From: Candidatus Sulfomarinibacteraceae bacterium
GTDB taxonomy: Bacteria > Acidobacteriota > Thermoanaerobaculia > Thermoanaerobaculales > Sulfomarinibacteraceae
Reading direction: 5' to 3'
Length of the DNA stretch: 64,000 nt
Assembly (NCBI GenBank): GCA_963769215.1
Contig: CAVYKX010000029.1
Location: 34,058-98,057 of the forward strand
The notes under the pieces: model-generated
Databases searched by the model: none
The model's input: only the letters and a program-made list of their open reading frames with translations
Told to the model about the DNA's origin: nothing
Made by a program: the position numbers and the translations under genes
Part shown: piece by piece, positions 9,944-21,222 of the stretch
Numbering within the stretch: the first letter of the stretch is position 1
Layout: every line of letters starts with the position of its first letter

Positions 9944-11129
9944 TCACCTTGAGTTCCTTGCCGACCCTTTCGAAGGCTGCCACAGCTCTGTCAAGGTGCT
10001 CTTTCTCGTGGGCAGCGGATATCTGAACCCGGATCCTCGCCTGATCCGCGAGGCACCACCGGGAAACTGAAGCCGATGACGTAAATACCCTCTTCGAGCA
10101 TTGCGTCCGCGACCTGAGATGGCGAGGCGAGCGTCGTAGAGCATCACCGGCACGATCGCAGTTTCGCCATCGAGAACGTCGTAGCCGACCTTCGAGAGCT
10201 TGTCGCGGAAGTACCGGGTGTTCTCCATGAGTTTGTCCCGGAGAGCTGTCGTTGAAGACAGCATTCGAAAAACCTCGAGGCCGGCTGCGGCCAGGGACGG
10301 TGTCAGCGTATTCGAAAAAAGATAGGGGCGCGATCGCTGGCGCAGCAGGTCGATGATCTCTCGCCGGCCCGTTGTGTAGCCTCCGGAAGCGCCGCCAAGG
10401 GCCTTGCCCAGGGTCGACGTGATGATATCGACGCGACCCTGCACGCCACAGTGTTCGGGCGTTCCGCGGCCGGTGCGGCCGATATAGCCGGTGGCGTGGG
10501 AGTCATCGACCATCACCATGGCGTTGTACCGATCCGCGAGATCGCAGATTTCGTCGAGCTTGACCAGGTAGCCGTCCATGGAGAAGACGCCATCGGTGGC
10601 GATCAATCGCCGCCGGTGGTCCTGCGTCTTCTTGAGGATCGCCTCGAGCTCGTCCATGTCGGAGTTGGTATAACGGTATCGTTCGGCTTTGCACAAGCGA
10701 ATACCGTCGATGATCGAGGCATGGTTGAGCTGGTCGGAGATGATCGCGTCCTCGGCGCCGAGGAGGGTCTCGAAGAGTCCCGCATTGGCGTCGAAACACG
10801 ACGAGTAGAGGATCGTGTCATCGGTCCCGTTGAACTCGGCTGATCACCTCCTCGAGCTCCTTGTGCAAATCCTGCGTTCCGCAGATGAACCGCACCGAAG
10901 CCATGCCGAAGCCTCGCTGGTCGAGGGCCTCTTTGGCTTTGGCGATGATCTCCTGATTGTCGGCCAGACCGAGGTAGTTGTTGGCGCAGAAGTTGAGCAC
11001 TTCGCCCTGAGGCACGCTGATCGCCGCGCTCTGCGGCGACGAGATAACGCGCTCCTGCTTAAAGGTTCCCGCCTCTCGGATTCCTTCAAGCTCATCGCGG
11101 AATCCCGCCCGAAAGGTGTCAAACATCAT
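9944..11129 (-). pseudogene. kbl: glycine C-acetyltransferase (2-amino-3-ketobutyrate CoA ligase), about 3 frame disruptions
   Basis: Close collinearity with E. coli Kbl ([61 protein letters not shown]). Shifts lie near 10820-10850, about 10125 and about 10040. The restored tail reads [34 protein letters not shown]. Confidence 0.85.
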
Positions 11130-11219
11130 CGACCTCCCTTGATGCCCGTGGCGGGCTCCATACGCCGTTCAGGGTCACCGGAACCTCAGGTTGCGGATCG
11201 ATACCGCCACTGGTTCGAT

Positions 11220-11564
11220 TCAGTTTGGATCAAAGCTCGCGACTGCTTCAGCCTCGTCGTCAAAGACTTCGAGCAGCGGCAACAACTGAGTCAATTTCAG
11301 CGTCCGCTCGACCTGGGGGGCCGGACGAAGCAGCTTGACGGACGCTCCGAATCGTCCCGCCAGTTTCCACCCGGACACCACCTCTCCGATACCGGAGCTG
11401 TCGATGATGGTGACTTTCCTCAGATTGAGGAGGATCTTCTTCCAATCCTCGGCCACCAGCTCATTCATCACATCTCGCAGGAGTTCATCCCCCACGCCCA
11501 TCACCAAACGCCCCTCGATATCAACAATGATGACGTCGTCCACGTGCCGTACATCGACTTTCAT
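11220..11564 (-). CDS. STAS-domain anti-sigma-factor antagonist (SpoIIAA-like)
   Basis: About 114 aa from MKVDVRHVDDVIIVDIEGRL.. with IIDSSGIGEVV phosphorylation-loop-like motif. The longer ORF upstream of Met45 runs through repeats. Confidence 0.7.
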   Translation of the reverse strand: MKVDVRHVDDVIIVDIEGRLVMGVGDELLRDVMNELVAEDWKKILLNLRKVTIIDSSGIGEVVSGWKLAGRFGASVKLLRPAPQVERTLKLTQLLPLLEVFDDEAEAVASFDPN

Positions 11565-11580
11565 GGGCGGTATTCTACCA

Positions 11581-11816
11581 TCCACCCTCCCACGCAGCCG
11601 CAAGATGCAGGATGCAAAGATCCGCCCCCCACCCAGGAGAAACCGCAGATAACGCAGATGAACGCAGATTGTCGGAATTACACCGGCAGGATCCATCCAC
11701 CCGGAAAAGGGTCGCGGTACCCCGGTTCTTCATCTCGAATCTCGAATCTCGAATCTCGAATCTTGTATCTTGAATCTCGTATCTTGAATCTTGTATCTGG
11801 TGGGGTGGGTGGGTGG
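11581..11816. repeat. composite box/microsatellite tract
   Basis: C-box; gcaagat/gcaggat units; C-box; three ACGCAGATnn decamers (11641-11672); about 9 heptamers gaatctc/gtatctt (11731-11798); G-box GGTGGGGTGGGTGGGTGG abutting the stop of the downstream gene. Confidence 0.85.
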
Positions 11817-13049
11817 CTATCTGGTTTGCACGGGGTTCAGACCGGTCTCGTCGGCTCGATAGACCTGGTTCCGGCCGCCCTGCTTGGCTCGGTACAGCGC
11901 TTCGTCGGCGACACGCAGCAGTTCCACGGAATCGAGGGCATCATCCGGGAAACACGCGACGCCCCCACTGATGGTCACTCGGCCCAGCGGCTGCGTTGCT
12001 TCACCCTCGAACGGGAACTCCTCGATCCGCTTGCGGACCATCCCGGCCGCCGTCATCGCCTGCACCCCGGAGCGTCCCGGCATCACGAGCAGAAACTCCT
12101 CGCCCCCAAACCGCCCGAAGACATCGTCCGTGCGGACTGTTTCTTTGACCAGCTTCGCCAGCTGCGCAAGCAGCGTGTCGCCCATCAGATGGCCGTTCGT
12201 GTCGTTATAGACCTTGAAGTTGTCAAGATCGAAGATGAAAACCGAAGCTTTACCGCCGGTTTTGCGCGCTTCGTGAATGGCCAGCCCGAGACGGCGCAGC
12301 AGGGCGCCCTTGTTGAAAATCCCGGTCAACTTGTCGACCTCGGCCTCGACCTCTTTTGCCCGATAGGCCTCCACGTTCTTCCACGTCAGCGCGCCGATGC
12401 GCGCGATCATCTCGAGAACATCGCGCTCGGTGTTGTGGTGGCGATCGGGACGCGAGACGGCGAGCACACCAAGCGTCTTCTCGCCAGCCACCATCGGGGC
12501 GATGATGTCGTACTTCGGTTCGGAACTGACTCGGGACCGTTCGTAGTTCCACATCTGGTCCTGCTCGAAATCCTTCCGCACCATCACCTGCTGTCGGTCG
12601 GCAACGATCCCGACCTGGCCCTCGCCAATGCGAAACTCCGCGCCCTCTCTCAACATGCCCCTGGTCGAATGGAGCGCGGCGACCGACAGGCGGTCGGCCT
12701 CGTCCGAATGCGAATCCGGAGTCGATCGTCGCACCAGAACGGCTGCGACCTCCGGGCGATAGATTCTGACCATCGCTTTGAGAAGCGCCTTTGGAATCAT
12801 GCGGACCTGGCGCTCTTTGTGCATTTCGCCGAGAAGCGATGCAAAGACCTGGAAAAATTCGCGCTGAAAATCGAGGTCGTTTTCGAGACGCCGGAATTTT
12901 CGGTCGGACGCCTCTCTGACTTCCTTGATTTCTTTTTCCGCCGCGCGTCGGGCCACGGAATTCCGAATCAGCAGCATCAGGACAGCCGCCAGCAGCAGGA
13001 CCAGGGCAGGCACCAAAAATAGAGCGATGCTGCCGAGGGGAGTGCTCAA
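11817..13049 (-). CDS. diguanylate cyclase (N-terminal TM helix, GAF-like domain, GGDEF domain)
   Basis: 410 aa. DKLTGIFNKGA.., FDLDNFKVYND, active-site GGEEF, RAKQGGRNQV. Confidence 0.85.
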   Translation of the reverse strand: MSTPLGSIALFLVPALVLLLAAVLMLLIRNSVARRAAEKEIKEVREASDRKFRRLENDLDFQREFFQVFASLLGEMHKERQVRMIPKALLKAMVRIYRPEVAAVLVRRSTPDSHSDEADRLSVAALHSTRGMLREGAEFRIGEGQVGIVADRQQVMVRKDFEQDQMWNYERSRVSSEPKYDIIAPMVAGEKTLGVLAVSRPDRHHNTERDVLEMIARIGALTWKNVEAYRAKEVEAEVDKLTGIFNKGALLRRLGLAIHEARKTGGKASVFIFDLDNFKVYNDTNGHLMGDTLLAQLAKLVKETVRTDDVFGRFGGEEFLLVMPGRSGVQAMTAAGMVRKRIEEFPFEGEATQPLGRVTISGGVACFPDDALDSVELLRVADEALYRAKQGGRNQVYRADETGLNPVQTR

Positions 13050-13215
13050 GCCAGAACCTCCATTACCCGGTCCCTGCCATGCCCTGCGAACAGCGGTGAC
13101 TCTCAGAATGAGTGTTCATTGTCCTCATGATTGTACATCGAAACGAGACACAACCCCCGAACGAAGTTCCGCCTGGCGGCACTACCCGCCATCTGCACGT
13201 CAACGCATACGGGAG

Positions 13216-14214
13216 TCAATCCTGTCGATCAACTGGAGGAATCCTGAGCAGAAGCGTGCGGCTTTCGATCTGCGGAGGTCTGGGATCGTCAATCACGCCG
13301 GTGACCGCGTTGTCGGCGACAAGCCACAAGGCTCCGTCGTCCGCGACGGCAATTCCCTCGACGTTGTTGCTCCATCCCCTGGTCGCCAGCGACCTCAAGA
13401 GAGGGGTCATTTCGAGAACGACTGTGGTCTCACCCGTCGAGAGGTCCACGGCTACGATCTCGTAACGCTCCCCGGGAAACTGCGTTTTGAGCGCGATCAG
13501 CGACTCACCCCACCACGCGAGACCCGTGAGGCGCCAGTTACAGTCTTCCAATCCAATCACGAGCGGCTCGGCATCCGATATCAGCCGATCCGGGCCGCGG
13601 CGCAAACTGAAAATTTGAGAATCACACCCGGTCTCGGCGGTTCCTCTTCTCTCCAGCAGAAGGTAGATGCCGTCGTTGCGCGGGTTGGCCTCGATGCCCT
13701 CGAAACCAATCTTCCCCCCCACGACCTCGATACCTTCCAGGGCCAACTGTCGGGCCCCCACGGTCTGGGGATTCGTAGCCTCCACAGCGCCAGCCACCGT
13801 TTCAACCGACACCTCATAGACTGCGGCGTGAGCCTCATCGCACAGGAAAAGACTCGAACCGGCTGTGGCCACACCTTCCAACTCGGCGTGCCGTGGTACC
13901 CCAAGGGGAATGACTCTCGCAGCGAAATCGGATTCGGGATCAACCACCAGGATGCGGCTGTATTTCTCCGACGGTATGAGAAGGTCTCCCTTCAACACCG
14001 CAAGACCCGACGCTTCGAGCGCAAATTCCTGATCAAAAGCCGGGTCATCCGCCCGCCACTCAAACAGCTCGGCTCGGTCCACGTCCCACGCCGGTGCTAG
14101 CGGTCGATCCGGCGCCTCGGTCGACCGGCACCCGAGCCCCAGTGATAGGACAACCAATAAACTCAGCGCGCACACGGTTTGCCGGCTGGTACAACGATCG
14201 GAACGAACGTACAT
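13216..14214 (-). CDS. predicted lipoprotein, beta-propeller-like (SdiA-regulated / phytase-like esterase fold suspected)
   Basis: Signal peptide with lipobox LSLGLGC. Repeated strand-rich segments. Start chosen at Met7 (14214), just after the mtnA stop. No confident family assignment. Confidence 0.5.
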   Translation of the reverse strand: MYVRSDRCTSRQTVCALSLLVVLSLGLGCRSTEAPDRPLAPAWDVDRAELFEWRADDPAFDQEFALEASGLAVLKGDLLIPSEKYSRILVVDPESDFAARVIPLGVPRHAELEGVATAGSSLFLCDEAHAAVYEVSVETVAGAVEATNPQTVGARQLALEGIEVVGGKIGFEGIEANPRNDGIYLLLERRGTAETGCDSQIFSLRRGPDRLISDAEPLVIGLEDCNWRLTGLAWWGESLIALKTQFPGERYEIVAVDLSTGETTVVLEMTPLLRSLATRGWSNNVEGIAVADDGALWLVADNAVTGVIDDPRPPQIESRTLLLRIPPVDRQD

Positions 14215-14215
14215 T

Positions 14216-15328
<1,113 letters not shown>

Positions 15329-15350
15329 GAGAGTAACTATAGCGGGTCTC

Positions 15351-15493
15351 TCCCACCCACCCAGACGCCGGATGCCGGAGCGAATTCATCGATCGGCAGG
15401 TCCAGTTGTCAAGCAGATTCTGATCGTATCTGGTATCTGGGCGGACGGGTGGCTGGGCGGATCCGGTATCTGGGATCTGGGTGGGTGGCCGGG
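15351..15493. repeat. box + microsatellite tract
   Basis: CCCACCCACCCA; gccggat/gccggag units; gtatctg-type heptamers; G-boxes GCGGACGGGTGGCTGGGCGG and GTGGGTGGCCGGG. Confidence 0.8.
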
Positions 15494-15547
15494 TATACTG
15501 CACACGCGCGCAATCGAGCATTTTTTGCGCATATCAAAGGAGGGACA

Positions 15548-16882
15548 ATGACACGACGATCAACCATCCTGGCCCTGGTAGTGCTTGTCGGCCTCGCGGG
15601 AGGCTGTGCCAAACAGGACCAGACGACAACGGATCCGGCCGAAGAGGCCTTCGAGGCCCTGAGGACGGCATGGGGAGAAGCGGAGACGACCGAGGCGAAA
15701 GTTGCTCTCGCCGAGGGCTATCTCGCTGACTTCCCGGACACAGAACACAGCGGATCGATGGCTGGAGCCATCGTCTACTACCAGGGCCACGAGCTCGAGG
15801 ATCCCCAGGGCGCCTACGATGTGGTGTCTGCCGCCCTCGAGAAGATTGAAGATCCGGAGCAGCGTTTCACCGTAAGCATGGAGCTGCTGAGCCTCTCTGA
15901 CTCGGTGGATGTGCCTCTCGACGTAGCGAAGGTCGCGAGCGACCTCAGCGCGGTGCGAGCGTTGACGTACGGAGAGGCGCAACAAGTTGCTGAGACTGCA
16001 GCCGATCTCGAGGCGTGGTCAGTGGCCGGAGAGCACGCCGCCGCCGCGGCCGTTCTGGCAACCCCGGAGGCCTATCAGGCTGACTACCCGGACCGCGAGT
16101 TCTCCGACGATGAGTTGGCCGAGCGCGCGCAGCGCCGCAAAGCGGCGTCTCTCGCCTACGAAGGATGGGCGCTGTACAACCTCGGAGATACCGAGGCTGC
16201 GTTTTCCCGTTTCGCGGAGTCCAGCGACGCCGGCAGCGTTACCTATATGGGTTCGCCCATGAATCCCCTCAACATCTTCTGGGGCCGTGCTGCCCTGAAT
16301 GAGGGCGACAACGATACAGCCGTCAAACTGCTCGGCCTTGAGACCCTCTTTGGCGAGGATCCAGCCGGCGCCAAACCGTATCTTCGCGAGGCATACGTCG
16401 CCAAGAACGGCGACGAAGAAGGCTTTGACGAATTCATGTGGGCAACCCGCAACGAACTCGCGACTCCTGTCGACGACTTCGAGTTGCTCGACTATGAAGG
16501 CAACGCCCATCGTCTGTCCGACGCCAGTGGCAAGGTGACCCTGCTCGCATTCTGGTTCCCCACGTGAGGCGGCTGCCGCGTGGAGTTGCCACGCCTGCAA
16601 CCTCTGTACGAGAAGTACCGGGACCAGGGATTCGAGATCATTGCAGTTGACGGAAAGAACGACACCGAACGGGCCACCAAGTTCATCGAAGAAAACGGCC
16701 TCACCTACACCATGCTCGAAAATGCCGAGGGCGAAGACGAGATCGTGGGCAATGTCTTCAAGGTTCGCGGCTACCCGTCGTCGTTCCTGATCGATCGGGA
16801 AGGCAAGGTGATGTACTTCCACTTCGGATTCGAAGCCGGAGACGAGGAGCACCTCGAGGAGGAGATTCTGAGTCTCCTGTAG
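15548..16882 (+). CDS. TlpA/ResA-like thiol:disulfide oxidoreductase lipoprotein with in-frame TGA (candidate selenocysteine, U340) in a UGGC redox motif
   Basis: AGGAGG RBS before ATG 15548 and lipobox LAGGC. ORFs 14261..16567 and 16580..16882 are in the same frame, separated only by TGA 16565-16567. Read-through gives VTLLAFWFPT-U-GGCRVELPRLQPLYEKY, which matches the FWAxWCxxC thioredoxin-fold pattern. Confidence 0.7.
16574..16599 (+). promoter_or_regulatory. candidate bacterial SECIS hairpin
   Basis: Upper stem GCGUGG/CCACGC (16578-16583 and 16589-16594) with loop AGUUG. Lower 3 bp stem UGC/GCA across a small internal loop. The 17 nt upper stem-loop starts 10 nt after the UGA. Confidence 0.5.
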
Positions 16883-16883
16883 A

Positions 16884-16930
16884 AATTTCGGATTTCGGAT
16901 TTCGGATTTCGAATTTGCCCCCGCCCACCC
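16884..16930 (+). repeat. heptamer microsatellite (ATTTCGG)n + C-box
   Basis: aaatttcggatttcggatttcggatttcgaatttg followed by CCCCCGCCCACCC. Same subfamily as 17809, 46753 and 62637. Confidence 0.9.
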
Positions 16931-16947
16931 GGGCGGGGGTTGTTCTT
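16918..16947 (+). terminator. rho-independent terminator after the TlpA-like gene
   Basis: Perfect 9 bp GC stem CCCCCGCCC-accc-GGGCGGGGG followed by ttgttcttc. Confidence 0.6.
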
Positions 16948-17050
16948 CGGTACCCGCCCCGTCATTTCGTCATCTCAACTTTCAAACTTCCCGACGTTTC
17001 AACGTCAGGTTCATCCGGAATTGCATGAGATGAGCCGAAATATGGAGTGT

Positions 17051-17253
17051 CTCCAACCACCCACCCAAACACCTTGAACCACGAAGGCTCGAAGGACACG
17101 AAGAACTCACAAAGGTTTTCTCAATGTTTTCCTGACTCATCAGAAGGGCGAACTCTGAAAACGTGGAAATTCCTGCCTCCGCGAACGCTCGTGAGGTGAT
17201 GGGCCAAGAAACTCCTTTGTGTTCCCTTGGTGTCTTTGTGACTTCGTGGTTGC
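17051..17253. repeat. C-box plus inverted pair of CGAAGG-type microsatellites flanking about 100 bp
   Basis: ccaaccacccaccc. Left arm gaaccacgaaggctcgaaggacacgaagaactcacaaagg (17076-17115) and right arm cctttgtgttcccttggtgtctttgtgacttcgtggttgc (17214-17253) are imperfect reverse complements. Confidence 0.7.
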
Positions 17254-17381
17254 GACGGCAGCGATGTCGCCACTTGGGAGCTCTCTTCGTAATTCTCTTC
17301 GATTTCACGGAATTCCGGATGAGCCCAAAGTTCTAACGGTCAATCGTTCCAACGTTGGTCATTCTGCGCGACAATGTGTCC

Positions 17382-17804
17382 ATGCTCAGGATCAACGATG
17401 ATGTCGCGATTGACGAGGACGAGCTCCGGTACGAGTTCGCACGCAGTTCGGGCCCGGGCGGGCAGAACGTCAACAAGGTAGAGACCAAGGTCCGTCTGCT
17501 CTTCGACCTTCGAAATTCCCGTTCGCTGAGCACCGCGCAGCGCGCCCGGATCGAAGAGCAGCTGGCGACGCGTATCACCAAGGACGGCGTTTTTTACGTC
17601 TCGTCCCAGCGCCACCGCACCCGCGAGGCCAACCGGAAAGCGACCATCGAGCGCTTCATCGATCTGCTCGCCGAAGCTCTGGCCGAGGAGGAACCACGGG
17701 TGCGCACGAGGATCCCCAGGAACCAGCGCAAACGCAGGCTCGAGACCAAAAAACGGCGGTCACGGAAAAAGGCGCTGCGATCACGACCGCGCGAGGAAGA
17801 CTGA
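17382..17804 (+). CDS. arfB: alternative ribosome-rescue factor ArfB (peptidyl-tRNA hydrolase, GGQ motif)
   Basis: MLRINDDVAIDEDELRYEFARSSGPGGQNVNKVETKV.. with a basic C-terminal tail, collinear with E. coli YaeJ/ArfB. ORF-track start 17355 is probably too far upstream. Confidence 0.85.
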   Translation: MLRINDDVAIDEDELRYEFARSSGPGGQNVNKVETKVRLLFDLRNSRSLSTAQRARIEEQLATRITKDGVFYVSSQRHRTREANRKATIERFIDLLAEALAEEEPRVRTRIPRNQRKRRLETKKRRSRKKALRSRPREED

Positions 17805-17808
17805 CCAG

Positions 17809-17897
17809 AATTTCGATTAATTTCGGATTTCGGATTTCCGCCCTCCCGCTCACCGGAACAAGGCTTGAGGCGTGAGGCCTGGGGCTTGTGGGGCTCC
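17809..17897 (+). repeat. heptamer microsatellite + C-box, then degenerate (GGCTTGR)5
   Basis: tttcgattaatttcggatttcggatttcc-GCCCTCCCGC, then ggcttgaggcgtgaggcctggggcttgtggggctc, related to the array at 48763-48903. Confidence 0.8.
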
Positions 17898-17919
17898 GGA
17901 TAGCCACCCGGTAGACCGT

Positions 17920-18138
17920 CCGCAGAAGAGCACGTCCGGCGGAGGTGCCGTCTTCTGCATTGTCCGAATCGAAACGCCCAAAAAGAACCACGCGGTACAT
18001 CGCCCGCAGAAGAGCGCGCTCCTCGGAGCGTGCCAGTTTTCGCATTGTCCGGAGAGGCAAATTCAAGTAAATCGATCGGTCGGATCGGACAATGCGAAGG
18101 CTGGCAACTCTCGGGAAGCGCGTCTGCAGAAGGGCGCC
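17920..18138 (+). repeat. inverted-repeat module V1, about 1.5 copies
   Basis: CAGAAGAGCACG + left arm (ggaggtgccgtcttctgcattgtccg), then CAGAAGAGCGCG + second left arm (cgtgccagttttcgcattgtccg), then right arm cggacaatgcgaaggctggca + GGGAAGCGCG..CAGAAGGGCGCC. Confidence 0.8.
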
Positions 18139-18204
18139 TTGAGGACCGGCCGCCTCGAATCCGCAGCTCTCGTGATCCGACGGGGACGTCGGGACGGAAC
18201 GTGT

Positions 18205-18442
18205 TTACTCGAGCTCCGAGAACGTCGACGACCCGCCCCGGAAACCGATCGAGACCCGTTCGTGATCGGCAACGACCGGCAGGCGGTGTTCCCAGCTCAG
18301 ATCCCGCAGGCGATCCATCTCCTGCGGCTCCCGGCTGAGGTTGATCTCCCGATAGGCGACGCCCCGGCGATCGAAATCTGCGCACAGCTCGCGGCAGTGG
18401 GGACAGCCGTCGGCGGTGAAGACGAGGATGGTGTCGAGGGAC

Positions 18443-18453
<11 letters not shown>
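18205..18453 (-). CDS. glutaredoxin-family small redox protein (CPHC)
   Basis: ILVFTADGCPHCRELCADFDRRGVAYREINL..LPVV.. is a glutaredoxin/NrdH-like fold. The start is uncertain (GTG 18453 proposed) because the upstream part of the ORF is made of repeat sequence. Confidence 0.6.
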
Positions 18454-18581
<128 letters not shown>

Positions 18582-18584
18582 CAT

Positions 18585-19530
18585 TCATCGATTCTCGCGA
18601 AGATCATCATAATGCCCGCTGAGATCAGCGGTGCCGGGTTCCATCTCGATCAAGACACTCGGGTCGTCCCGCCACCGCGGGTGGACTTTGACCCTGAGCC
18701 CGAGATAGATCCTGATACCGAGCACCCTCTCGAGCTCCTCACGGGCCGCCTGACCCACCGACCGGATCATGCTGCCCACCCTTGCCGATGACGATGCCCT
18801 TCTGGCTCTTCCGCTCGACGTAGATCACGGCCTCGACGTGGAGCAGGTCGCTCGCTCTCCTCGAAGAGATCGACGACCACGCCGGTTGTGTAGGGAGCTC
18901 GTTCCGCGTCCTCTCGAGCAGCTTTTCGCGAACCACTTCGGCAACAAAGAACCGTTCGGTCTGGGTCGTTGTAGGTCCGTGGGATACAGCGGCGGACCCT
19001 CGGGAAGGCGGCGCGAACAACTCACCCATGAGACCCGAGGCCGTCACCCTTGAGCGCCGAGATCGGGACAACGGGAGTATCGGCGCGGCGCTGCGAGTAG
19101 CGCTCGATGAGACGGCAGCAAGATCCCCCTTGGCGCTTGACGAGATCGATTTTGGTCAGCACCCCGACGACCGTCGGCCTGCACGGACTCGAGGAGCTCG
19201 AAGAGGATAGTCCTCGCCGCCACCCCACGGTTCCGACGCGTCGAGGAGGTGGAGCACGACGTCGACCTCTTCGAGGGCGGATCGCACTTCCTGCATCATC
19301 CGAGCATTCATCTTGTGCAGGGGTTTGTGGACTCCGGGCAGGTCGAAGAAGACCGCCTGGCCGCGCTCCTCGGAGAGGATGCCGACGATCCGGTTGCGGG
19401 TGGTCTGGGGTTTGTCGGAGACGATGGCGATCTTGTCGCCGATCAGCGCGTTGAGCAGCGTGCTCTTGCCGGCGTTCGGCCGGCCGACGAGGGCGACCAT
19501 GCCGGAGCGAAGGCCGTTCCCGCGATCCAT
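18585..19530 (-). pseudogene. era: GTPase Era, at least 3 frame disruptions
   Basis: N-terminal piece has [26 protein letters not shown]. The middle (TKIDLV) and KH-domain pieces (VREKLLERTRNELP, IVIGKGG, LGLRVKVHPRWRDD) lie in other frames (ORFs 19156-19530, 19022-19228, 18739-19071, 18585-18779). Confidence 0.85.
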
Positions 19531-20789
<1,259 letters not shown>

Positions 20790-20793
<4 letters not shown>

Positions 20794-21222
20794 GAAAACA
20801 TCTCCTCCCGCATCTGCAGCTCGAGTCGCGTTCATTTCTCCTCGATCTCTCGCATGATCATATCCGAGAAGATGGAGCATTCCATGAAGCACCAGCTCCT
20901 CGAGATCTCGCGGACCTCGCCATGACCCAGGCTCTTCAGCCTGCCGTCGGGCGGCGTCGAGCGAAATGACGATCTCGCCCAGCAGCACCCGACGCCGGAC
21001 GGCAGCTCGTCGCCGTCGGGAAACGACAGGACGTCGGTCGCTCGATCCTGCTCCGCGATAACGCCGGTTGAGCTCGCGAATCCGTTCATCCCCGGTGAAC
21101 AGAACATGGACCTCCGCAGCCTCGCCCGCAGTCGATCCAAGCAGCTTCGAAATCACCCGACGCAGCGCTTCAGCGGTTGGCTGGGACGGTCTTCTCTCCC
21201 ACCTGAAGTGGACCCGAGTCAG
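20790..21222 (-). pseudogene. ybeY: endoribonuclease YbeY, at least 2 frame disruptions; start uncertain
   Basis: ELNRRYRG / DRATDVLSFP (other frame) / HGMLHLLGYDH zinc motif. The likely true stop is a TGA overlapping the corC ATG (ATGA at 20790-20793) in a shifted frame. Confidence 0.75.

Noticed and set aside
10815-13022. 735 aa plus-strand ORF, the longest in this part of the window
   Set aside because: It is antisense to kbl, the STAS gene and the GAF-GGDEF gene. It has no family-like motifs, runs straight through microsatellite and box repeats, and has the Arg/Pro/Gly-rich composition typical of out-of-frame or antisense translation of GC-rich DNA.
16565-16567. TGA as the true end of a TPR-like lipoprotein, followed by an independent small thioredoxin-like gene starting at GTG 16580
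   Set aside because: The split falls inside a single thioredoxin fold, between strand beta-1 and the CXXC helix. It would remove the catalytic residue from both products, and there is no RBS before 16580. Sec read-through (or a TGC-to-TGA base error, listed as a refutation test) explains the data better.
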